From: Lachnospiraceae bacterium
GTDB lineage: Bacteria; Bacillota; Clostridia; Lachnospirales; Lachnospiraceae
Direction of reading: 5' to 3'
Assembly: GCA_017544705.1 (NCBI GenBank)
Contig: JAFYDQ010000117.1
Location: forward strand, 14,006-78,005
DNA: 64,000 nt
Part shown: positions 57,023-64,000 of the stretch, in pieces
Layout of the letters: the number at the start of each line of letters is the position of its first letter
Numbering within the stretch: the stretch's first letter is position 1
Program-made: the position numbers and the translations under genes
The notes under the pieces: generated by a model
Database searches by the model: none
Told to the model about the DNA's origin: nothing
The model's input: the letters and a program-made list of their open reading frames with translations, nothing else

Positions 57023-57286
57023 ATGCAGGATATGGGCAATACTCAATATTTTCAGGTGCAGGCCGAACCGGAAACCGGCGTCAGGGTTGTACTGTCGACC
57101 GTATATGAGGCACTGACGGAAAAGGGCTATAATCCGGTCAATCAGATCGTAGGTTATATCATGTCTGGTGATCCCACATATATCACCAGCCATAACAATG
57201 CCAGAAGCCTGATCATGAAAGTGGAGAGAGACGAGCTGGTCGAAGAATTGCTGACACAGTATATCAAGCACAACGGGTGGAAATAA
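57023..57286 (+). CDS. ireB: IreB-family regulatory phosphoprotein (UPF0297/YrzL)
   Basis: The sequence [38 protein letters not shown] is nearly diagnostic of the family. Confidence 0.9.
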   Translation: MQDMGNTQYFQVQAEPETGVRVVLSTVYEALTEKGYNPVNQIVGYIMSGDPTYITSHNNARSLIMKVERDELVEELLTQYIKHNGWK

Positions 57287-57712
57287 ATGCGGATCATGGG
57301 ATTGGACTACGGGTCGAAAACGATCGGCGTTGCGATCTCCGACCCGTTGCTGATCACGGCCCAGGGGATTGAGATCATCAGACGTGATTCGGAGAATAAG
57401 ATCCGCAAGTCACTTGCCAGGATCGAGGAACTGATCGCGGAATACGAGGTTGCAAAGATTATCCTCGGCTATCCGAAAAACATGGATGATTCCATCGGCG
57501 AGCGCGCCGAAAAGACGGAGGCGTTCAAGGAACGGCTGGAGCGCAGGACCGGTCTGGAAGTGATTTTGCGCGATGAGCGGCTGACAACGGTCGCGGCCAA
57601 CGAGATCATGATCGAGAGCGGGATCCGCAGGGAAAATCGCAGCAAATATGTAGATGAGATCGCAGCAATGCTGATCTTACAGGAATATCTGGATGAGATC
57701 GCAAATGGATAA
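57287..57712 (+). CDS. ruvX: Holliday-junction-resolvase-like pre-16S rRNA nuclease RuvX (YqgF)
   Basis: The N-terminus reads [19 protein letters not shown], and DERLTT is present. Confidence 0.9.
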   Translation: MRIMGLDYGSKTIGVAISDPLLITAQGIEIIRRDSENKIRKSLARIEELIAEYEVAKIILGYPKNMDDSIGERAEKTEAFKERLERRTGLEVILRDERLTTVAANEIMIESGIRRENRSKYVDEIAAMLILQEYLDEIANG

Positions 57713-57968
57713 AATTGCTTTTTCTTATGAAGACGGCGCGGGGACCGTCGAATTTTATATTGTGGACCAAACAAGGATCAGCGGTGTCAATTATCTGCTG
57801 GTCGCGGATTCCCTGGATGAGGACGGGACGGCTCTGATCCTCGAGGATAAGGCACCAGAGGAATCGGCGGAAAGTCTTTATGAGGTCGTGGAGGATGAAG
57901 AAAAGCTTGCCGCGATCGCAAAGGTCTTTGAAGAATCAATAGGGGATATCACATTTACGGAGGATTGA
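57693..57968 (+). CDS. DUF1292-family protein (YrzB-like)
   Basis: Small acidic protein ([20 protein letters not shown]...) in the yrzB position after ruvX. An alternative start exists at ATG 57705. Confidence 0.75.
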   Translation: MRSQMDKIAFSYEDGAGTVEFYIVDQTRISGVNYLLVADSLDEDGTALILEDKAPEESAESLYEVVEDEEKLAAIAKVFEESIGDITFTED

Positions 57969-57969
57969 T

Positions 57970-59640
57970 TTGGATACGAATCAAAAGAATCGCAGCCTGC
58001 AGATCATTCCGCTCGGCGGTTTAGAGCAGATCGGAATGAACATCACGGCGTTTGCATATGGGGATTCCATTGTGGTCGTGGATTGCGGGATGGCTTTTCC
58101 GGAAGATGATATGCTGGGGATCGATCTGGTCATCCCGGATATCACATATCTTCTGGATCATGCGGACAAAGTGAAGGGCTTTGTCATTACACACGGACAC
58201 GAGGATCATATCGGCGCACTGCCGTATGTTCTGAAGGAACTGAATGTTCCGGTATATGCAACAAGACTTACGATCGCCGTGATCGAAGGAAAACTGAAGG
58301 AACATAACCTTTTGGATACAACCGAAAGGCATGTGGTCAATTACGGCGATGAGATCTCTTTCGGCGAGCTGAAGGTGGAATTCATCAAGACCAATCACAG
58401 TATTGCCGATGCCAGTGCGCTGGCGATCAAATCACCGGTGGGGACGGTAGTACATACCGGCGATTTTAAAGTGGATTATACGCCGGTTTCGGGAAACCCC
58501 ATCGATCTTCCGCGCCTTGCACAGCTTGGACAGGAGGGCGTGCTGGCCCTGATGTGTGATTCCACAAATGCGGAACGCCCCGGTTTTACCAATTCGGAGC
58601 GCACGGTCGGTACGACGATCGATTCGATCTTTGCGGATCACAGACATTGCAGGATCCTGGTATCCACGTTTGCGTCCAATGTGGACAGGGTACAGCAGAT
58701 CGTGGACAGTGCCTGCAAATACGGAAGAAAAGTTGTCATTGAAGGCCGCAGTATGGTCAATATCATACAGACGGCATCGGAACTGGGCTATATCCAGATC
58801 CCGGATAATACACTGATCGATGTGGAAGAACTGAGCAACTATCCGGACGAGAAAACCGTCATCATCACGACCGGTTCCCAGGGAGAGTCCATGGCGGCGC
58901 TTTCCAGGATCGCAACCAATATCCATAAAAAGGTTACGATCAAACCGGGCGATCTGGTCATCTTCAGTTCCAATCCGATCCCCGGTAATGAGAAAGCCGT
59001 ATCCAGAGTGATCAACGAACTCTGTCAGAAGGGTGCGGACGTGATCTTTCAGGATGCACACGTTTCCGGGCACGCCTGCCAGGAAGAGATCAAGCTGATC
59101 TACACCCTGGTGAAGCCCAAATACGCGATCCCCGTACACGGCGAATACAGGCATCTGAAAGCGCAGGCGGATATCGCGCATTTAATGGGGATCCCGTCAG
59201 AGAACATCAAGATCCTCTCTTCCGGCGAAGTCCTGACGCTGAACGAACGGGAGTGCAAGGTTACGGAAACGGTTAAGACGGGAGCGGTCTTTGTGGACGG
59301 GCTCGGGATCGGAGATGTCGGAAATGTGGTTATGAGAGACCGCCAGATCCTGTCACAGGACGGCATGATCCTGATCCTGCTGACACTGCAGAAGGGCACC
59401 AACATCTGTCTGGGCGGGCCGGATATCATTACCCGCGGATTTGTGTATGTCAAGGAATCCGATGAACTGATGGATGAAATGCAGGGGATCCTGGAAGAAA
59501 CCGTCGAGAATCTGCAGGATAAGAATGTTACCGATTGGGGTAAGATGAAGAACGCCATGAAGGATGCCTTGAGCGGTTATGTATGGAAGAAGATGAAGCG
59601 TAAGCCGATGATTCTTCCTGTTATTACGGAAGTGGAATGA
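57970..59640 (+). CDS. rnj: Ribonuclease J
   Basis: TTG start. Metallo-beta-lactamase motif ITHGHEDHIG, the beta-CASP domain, HVSGHA and the C-terminal domain are present, at the typical length of 556 aa. Confidence 0.9.
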   Translation: MDTNQKNRSLQIIPLGGLEQIGMNITAFAYGDSIVVVDCGMAFPEDDMLGIDLVIPDITYLLDHADKVKGFVITHGHEDHIGALPYVLKELNVPVYATRLTIAVIEGKLKEHNLLDTTERHVVNYGDEISFGELKVEFIKTNHSIADASALAIKSPVGTVVHTGDFKVDYTPVSGNPIDLPRLAQLGQEGVLALMCDSTNAERPGFTNSERTVGTTIDSIFADHRHCRILVSTFASNVDRVQQIVDSACKYGRKVVIEGRSMVNIIQTASELGYIQIPDNTLIDVEELSNYPDEKTVIITTGSQGESMAALSRIATNIHKKVTIKPGDLVIFSSNPIPGNEKAVSRVINELCQKGADVIFQDAHVSGHACQEEIKLIYTLVKPKYAIPVHGEYRHLKAQADIAHLMGIPSENIKILSSGEVLTLNERECKVTETVKTGAVFVDGLGIGDVGNVVMRDRQILSQDGMILILLTLQKGTNICLGGPDIITRGFVYVKESDELMDEMQGILEETVENLQDKNVTDWGKMKNAMKDALSGYVWKKMKRKPMILPVITEVE

Positions 59641-59951
59641 TGATCGATATCATGGACAGGCTGCGCGAGTGCAGCGAGTATAAAAACTATCTGGAACAGA
59701 AGAAACGGATCATGCAGTTTCCGGATTTAAAGGGAAAGATCTACAGGATCCGGGAGATTTACGCGCAGATCCAGGATGTGACGGATCCTGCGGAGGAAGA
59801 AAACCTGCGATCGGAATATGAACAGTTATGTGATGATGTCCGGATCCGGGATTTTATGCAGGCCGAACTGGATTACTGCAGAATGTTCCAGGAACTTGAA
59901 GCGATCATGGCAAAAGAACTGGATCTGGATGAAACGGGAGGACCGTGTTAA
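59637..59951 (+). CDS. Small helical protein, YlbF/YmcA (DUF964)-like
   Basis: 104 aa. The pattern SEYKNYLEQKKRIMQFPDLKGKIYRIRE resembles YlbF/YmcA N-terminal helices. There is no C-terminal Cys cluster. The assignment is tentative. Confidence 0.45.
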   Translation: MMIDIMDRLRECSEYKNYLEQKKRIMQFPDLKGKIYRIREIYAQIQDVTDPAEEENLRSEYEQLCDDVRIRDFMQAELDYCRMFQELEAIMAKELDLDETGGPC

Positions 59952-60364
59952 TGAAAATACAGCAATTTGCATATTCCTTTTTGGGAACGGTCATACGTGT
60001 CGTTATTCTGATCATTCTGGCGATCGTGCTCTTCAGGCTGGGCGGAAAGGCATACGAATTCGGTTTCCGGATCTTTACGGAAGAGCCTATGAGCGAGCCT
60101 CCCGGACGAGACATTCAGGTAACGGTGTCTAAGAGTGACGGGATCAAAGAAGTGGCGGAGATGCTTGAAGATAAAGGGTTGATCCGGGATGCTTTTTTGT
60201 TCCGCATTCAGGAAAAAGTATCTCTTTATGACGGTGATATTCATCCCGGGATTTTTACGCTCAATACATCCATGACGGCGGAGGAGATGTTCGGTGTGCT
60301 GCTGAAGACGGATGAGAATGAGGAAGAGTCGGAAGAGGGATCGGAAGAAGGGACGGCCAATTGA
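59951..60364 (+). CDS. MltG/YceG-like N-terminal fragment protein (TM helix plus LysM-like domain only)
   Basis: 137 aa. It has a TM helix (VIRVVILIILAIVLF) and the YceG N-terminal lobe (IQVTVSKSDGIKEVAEMLEDKGLIRDAFLFRI...IHPGIFTLNTSMTAEEM), then ends in an acidic tail. The catalytic lobe is absent. ATG 59951 forms a TAATG overlap. Confidence 0.7.
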   Translation: MKIQQFAYSFLGTVIRVVILIILAIVLFRLGGKAYEFGFRIFTEEPMSEPPGRDIQVTVSKSDGIKEVAEMLEDKGLIRDAFLFRIQEKVSLYDGDIHPGIFTLNTSMTAEEMFGVLLKTDENEEESEEGSEEGTAN

Positions 60365-61017
60365 TTTCTCCTGACAGGATCGAAGCTTATATAGATTCGC
60401 TTAATACCGGGAACACCCCCTTTCTTGACCGGCTGGAAGAAAAGGCGCTTTTAGAAAACATACCGATCATCAAGCGGCCCACACAAAACCTTCTGCGTTT
60501 TCTGCTCACGCTTCACAAGCCGCAGCGGATCCTGGAAGTCGGCACGGCGGTCGGCTTTTCTGCCATTCTGATGGCGACGTACGGACCGGCGGATTGCAAA
60601 ATCACGACGATCGAGAAGTATGAAAAACGGTTCGCGATCGCGGAGCAAAATTTCACCGATTCGGGATACGCGGGGCAGATCCGGTTTTTAAAAGGAGAGG
60701 CAGAAGAGATCCTGCAGGATCTTGCGGATGCCGGCGAACAGTTTGACCTGATCTTTATGGATGCAGCCAAGGGCCAGTACCTGCATTTTTATGAAGCGAT
60801 ACGTGAGATGATGCCTGCGGGCAGTCTTCTCATTTCCGATAATGTTTTGCAGGACGGGGATGTTGTGGAATCCCGTTTTGCGGTTACAAGATGGAACAGG
60901 ACCATCCATTCCAGGATGCGGGAATACTTATATACATTGACGCATACGGACGAACTCATTACGGATGTGCTCCCGGTCGGAGACGGCGTTGCATTAAGTA
61001 TCAGAAAACAGGATTGA
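60361..61017 (+). CDS. trmR: Class I SAM-dependent O-methyltransferase, TrmR/YrrM-like (tRNA 5-hydroxyuridine methyltransferase)
   Basis: TTG start. The motifs ILEVGTAVGFSAILMA and IFMDAAKGQY are present. Its position before a U32 peptidase gene matches yrrM-yrrN-yrrO. Confidence 0.75.
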   Translation: MISPDRIEAYIDSLNTGNTPFLDRLEEKALLENIPIIKRPTQNLLRFLLTLHKPQRILEVGTAVGFSAILMATYGPADCKITTIEKYEKRFAIAEQNFTDSGYAGQIRFLKGEAEEILQDLADAGEQFDLIFMDAAKGQYLHFYEAIREMMPAGSLLISDNVLQDGDVVESRFAVTRWNRTIHSRMREYLYTLTHTDELITDVLPVGDGVALSIRKQD

Positions 61018-61018
61018 T

Positions 61019-62272
61019 ATGCCAAAAAGAAACAGGCCGGAACTGCTGATTCCGGCAAGCAGTCTGGAAGTATTGAAAACCGCGGTCATTTTCGGAGCGG
61101 ACGCGGTATATATCGGCGGAGAGGCATACGGCCTGCGCGCCAAGGCAAAAAACTTTGACGAATCCGAAATGCGTCAGGGTATCGGTTTTGCACACGAACA
61201 CGGCGCCAAGGTCTATGTGACGGCCAATATTCTTGCTCACAACCGGGATCTTTCCGGAGCAAGGGAATATTTTGCAAGACTACGGGAAATGGAACCGGAT
61301 GCACTGATCATCTCGGATCCGGGAATGTTCACGCTGGCAAAAGAAATCTGCCCCGGGATCGATATCCATATCAGCACACAGGCGAACAACACGAATTACC
61401 TGACCTATGACTTCTGGTGGAAAATGGGTGCGAAGCGTGTTGTGTCCGCAAGGGAACTTTCGCTGGAAGAGATCCGGGAGATCAGGGAACATATCCCTCC
61501 GGAAATGGAGATCGAGAGTTTTGTGCACGGCGCCATGTGTATCTCCTATTCCGGAAGATGCCTGCTTTCTTCTTTTCTGGCAGGACGCGATGCAAATCAG
61601 GGAGAGTGCACACATCCGTGCAGATGGAAATATGCCGTCGTGGAAGAGACACGCCCCGGGGAATACATGCCCGTTTATGAAAACGAACGCGGGACATATA
61701 TCTTTAATTCCAAAGATCTGTGCATGATCGAACATATTCCGGAGCTTATTGAGGCCGGCATTGACAGTTTTAAGATAGAAGGCCGCATGAAAACGGCACT
61801 GTATGTGGCAAGCGTTGCAAGGACTTACCGCAAGGCGATCGATGCATACCTGGAGTCGGAGGAAGTCTACAGGGCACATATGCCGTGGTACCTTGAAGAG
61901 ATCGCCAAATGTACTTACCGCCGCTTTACGACCGGTTTTTATTTCGGAAAACCGAATGAAGAGGCACAGATCTACGACAATAACACCTACGAAAAGGGAT
62001 CCGTATATCTGGGTATCGTCGAAGATGTAGATGCATCGGGTGTCATCCGCATCGAACAAAAGAACAAATTCCTGGTCGGGGATACGATCGAGATCATGAA
62101 ACCCGACGGACGAAATATCGCGGCAACCGTCAGAAAGATTACGGACGAAGCGGGAGAAGAAATGGACGGTGCGCCGCATCCGAAACAGATTTTATTTGTG
62201 ACGCTGGAATCGGAGTCGCCCTGCGAGCCGTTTGATCTGCTCAGAGTCAATGCAGTAGAGGAAAAATCATGA
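61019..62272 (+). CDS. Peptidase U32-family protein (TrhP/YrrO-like, tRNA U34 hydroxylation)
   Basis: PELLIPASSLEVLKTAVIFGADAVYIGG and the U32 core (E..VHGAMCISYSGRCLLS) are present. The function is inferred from the family and from synteny with trmR. Confidence 0.8.
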   Translation: MPKRNRPELLIPASSLEVLKTAVIFGADAVYIGGEAYGLRAKAKNFDESEMRQGIGFAHEHGAKVYVTANILAHNRDLSGAREYFARLREMEPDALIISDPGMFTLAKEICPGIDIHISTQANNTNYLTYDFWWKMGAKRVVSARELSLEEIREIREHIPPEMEIESFVHGAMCISYSGRCLLSSFLAGRDANQGECTHPCRWKYAVVEETRPGEYMPVYENERGTYIFNSKDLCMIEHIPELIEAGIDSFKIEGRMKTALYVASVARTYRKAIDAYLESEEVYRAHMPWYLEEIAKCTYRRFTTGFYFGKPNEEAQIYDNNTYEKGSVYLGIVEDVDASGVIRIEQKNKFLVGDTIEIMKPDGRNIAATVRKITDEAGEEMDGAPHPKQILFVTLESESPCEPFDLLRVNAVEEKS

Positions 62273-63207
62273 AATTACTTTCAGTTGTTGTTCCATGTTA
62301 TAACGAGGAAGAAGCACTTCCGCTCTTTTACGGGGAACTGGTGAAGACGAAGGAAACTTTTCGTGCAAGATTTCCGGATGTCTCCATGGAAATCTGGTTC
62401 ATTGATGACGGGTCAAAAGATCAGACCCTGCAGGTGATCAGGGATCTTCGTAAAAAGGACGAGACGATCCATTATGTTTCGTTTTCCAGAAATTTCGGAA
62501 AAGAAGCAGGGATCTATGCGGGGCTCTCGCATGCAAAAGGCGATCATGTCGTGATCATGGATGCCGATCTGCAGGATCCCCCTGCACTCCTTCCGGAAAT
62601 GTATGCAGCGGTAACGGAAGAGGGATATGACTCTGCAGCAACCCGGAGGGTGACCAGAAAGGGCGAGCCGCCGATCCGATCGTTGTTTGCAAGGATGTTC
62701 TACCGCCTGATCAATAAAATGTCAAAAACAGAGATCGTGGACGGTGCAAGGGACTACCGGATCATGAGCAGGAGAATGGTGGATGCGATCGTGGAGATGA
62801 GCGAGTACAACCGCTTCACGAAAGGCATCTACGGCTGGATCGGTTTTGAGACCAAGTGGATCGCTTACGAAAACATCGAGAGAGTTGCGGGCGAGACAAA
62901 ATGGTCATTTTGGAAACTGCTGCTGTATTCGATCGAGGGCATCACCGCATTTTCAACCGCACCCCTGCGCCTGGCTAGCCTTGTGGGCTTTATTTTTACG
63001 GTGCTTGCGTTTGTGATGATCGTATTTATCGTGGTACGCAAACTGGTACTCGGCGATCCGACGCCCGGCTGGCCGTCCATGGCATGCATCATCGTCTTTA
63101 TCGGCGGCGTACAGCTGTTTTGCATCGGGATCCTCGGCGAATATCTGTCCAAGACCTACTTAGAGACCAAAAAGAGACCAATTTATATCACAAAGGAAGA
63201 GGAATAG
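62269..63207 (+). CDS. GT2-family polyprenol-phosphate glycosyltransferase (GtrB/CsbB-like)
   Basis: VVPCYNEEE, FIDDGSKDQT and MDADLQDPP are present, with two C-terminal TM helices. The start overlaps the U32 gene by 4 nt. Confidence 0.85.
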   Translation: MKLLSVVVPCYNEEEALPLFYGELVKTKETFRARFPDVSMEIWFIDDGSKDQTLQVIRDLRKKDETIHYVSFSRNFGKEAGIYAGLSHAKGDHVVIMDADLQDPPALLPEMYAAVTEEGYDSAATRRVTRKGEPPIRSLFARMFYRLINKMSKTEIVDGARDYRIMSRRMVDAIVEMSEYNRFTKGIYGWIGFETKWIAYENIERVAGETKWSFWKLLLYSIEGITAFSTAPLRLASLVGFIFTVLAFVMIVFIVVRKLVLGDPTPGWPSMACIIVFIGGVQLFCIGILGEYLSKTYLETKKRPIYITKEEE

Positions 63208-63208
63208 C

Positions 63209-64000
63209 ATGAAACTGATCATACAGATTCCCTGTCTGAACGAAGCAGAAACGCTGGAGATCGCGCTGAACGATCTGCCGAAACATATAGACGGCATCGA
63301 CGAGATCGAATATCTGATCATCAATGACGGCAGCACCGACAATACCGTCGAAGTTGCCAAAAAATGGGGTGTCAATTATGTGGTAAGCTTTACGAGGAAC
63401 AAAGGACTTGCCAAAGGTTTTATGGCCGGGATCGATGCCTGCTTAAGAAACGGTGCCGATATCATCGTGAATACGGATGCGGATAATCAGTATTGCGGTG
63501 AGGATATCGAAAAACTGGTCCGTCCGATCTTAAACGGGGAATCCGATATCGTGATCGGAGAACGTCCGATCGATGATACGGAGCATTTTTCACCGCTTAA
63601 GAAAAAACTGCAGCATTTTGGCAGCTTTGTTGTGAGAAAAGCGAGCAAAACGGATATTCCGGATGCGCCGAGCGGCTTTCGTGCATTCAGCAGGGAAGCG
63701 GCGCTGCATCTGAATGTCATGAACAATTATACCTATACCCTGGAGACGATCGTACAGGCGGGGCGCACCAGCATGGCGATCGATTCCGTGCCGATCAGGA
63801 CCAACGGGGAACTGCGTAAATCCAGGCTGTTCCACAGTATGTTCGGTTACGTAAAACGTTCCATGTTAACGATCATCAGGGCATTCTTAATGTACAGACC
63901 GCTGACATTTTTCAGTATTCTCGGTCTGATCCCGTTCATTGCGGGTCTGATCCTGGGCGTACGTTTTCTGGTATACCTGTTTACCGGCTCAGGGAGCGGG
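63209..64000 (+). CDS. GT2-family glycosyltransferase, 3'-truncated by the window end
   Basis: This ORF is not in the supplied track. My translation from ATG 63209 has no stop through 64000 (264 codons): MKLIIQIPCLNEAETLE...INDGSTDNT...NTDADNQY... with a TM segment near the end. Confidence 0.8.
   Translation, partial: MKLIIQIPCLNEAETLEIALNDLPKHIDGIDEIEYLIINDGSTDNTVEVAKKWGVNYVVSFTRNKGLAKGFMAGIDACLRNGADIIVNTDADNQYCGEDIEKLVRPILNGESDIVIGERPIDDTEHFSPLKKKLQHFGSFVVRKASKTDIPDAPSGFRAFSREAALHLNVMNNYTYTLETIVQAGRTSMAIDSVPIRTNGELRKSRLFHSMFGYVKRSMLTIIRAFLMYRPLTFFSILGLIPFIAGLILGVRFLVYLFTGSGSG

Overview
This 64-kb chromosomal segment comes from an anaerobic Firmicute. Gene content and mid-range GC suggest a Clostridia or Lachnospiraceae-like organism, but that is inference only. 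All calls rest on reading the ORF translations and DNA by eye; I ran no homology search.

I call 64 densely packed protein-coding genes, the last cut by the window end. I could not recognise any rRNA, tRNA, CRISPR array, transposase, integrase or phage gene.

Most of the window is housekeeping DNA in classic Firmicute synteny blocks:
- htrA-like, yhaM, rlmD
- ftsH, uvrC, hprK, glcK, murB, rapZ, whiA, crh
- hrcA (with a perfect CIRCE operator), grpE, dnaK, dnaJ ... prmA, rsmE ... mtaB
- ireB, ruvX, DUF1292, rnj ... mltG-like, trmR, U32 peptidase

Several accessory modules are interspersed:
- an Lsa-family ABC-F ribosome-protection gene behind a leader with an intrinsic terminator
- an ECF S-component and UPF0340 pair, divergent from a truncated MocR-type regulator
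- two methyl-accepting chemotaxis proteins
- an MBOAT O-acyltransferase pair
- several GT2 envelope-glycosylation genes
- a nucleotide-heptose cluster that has no kinase gene
- an electron-bifurcating-type [FeFe]-hydrogenase operon (hydC, GHKL ATPase, 2Fe-2S ferredoxin, hydB, hydA)

The best candidate for an undescribed system is the six-gene, translationally coupled operon at 12744-16596 on the minus strand, transcribed divergently from hydABC. It encodes, in order:
- a DRTGG-like protein
- an RsbW-like Ser/Thr kinase
- a sensor-type [FeFe]-hydrogenase homologue in which the proton-relay Cys is Ala, with no PAS domain and an extra C-terminal Cys cluster
- a second DRTGG-like protein
- a PHP phosphoesterase
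- a papain/C39-fold protein

This looks like an H2/redox-sensing phospho-signalling module with no recognisable DNA-binding output.

Other points worth a second look:
- an HtrA-like protein with a degenerate catalytic triad
- two HPr-like proteins that lack His15
- an MltG reduced to its N-terminal domain
- a TSCSPGW variant of the H-cluster L1 motif in HydA
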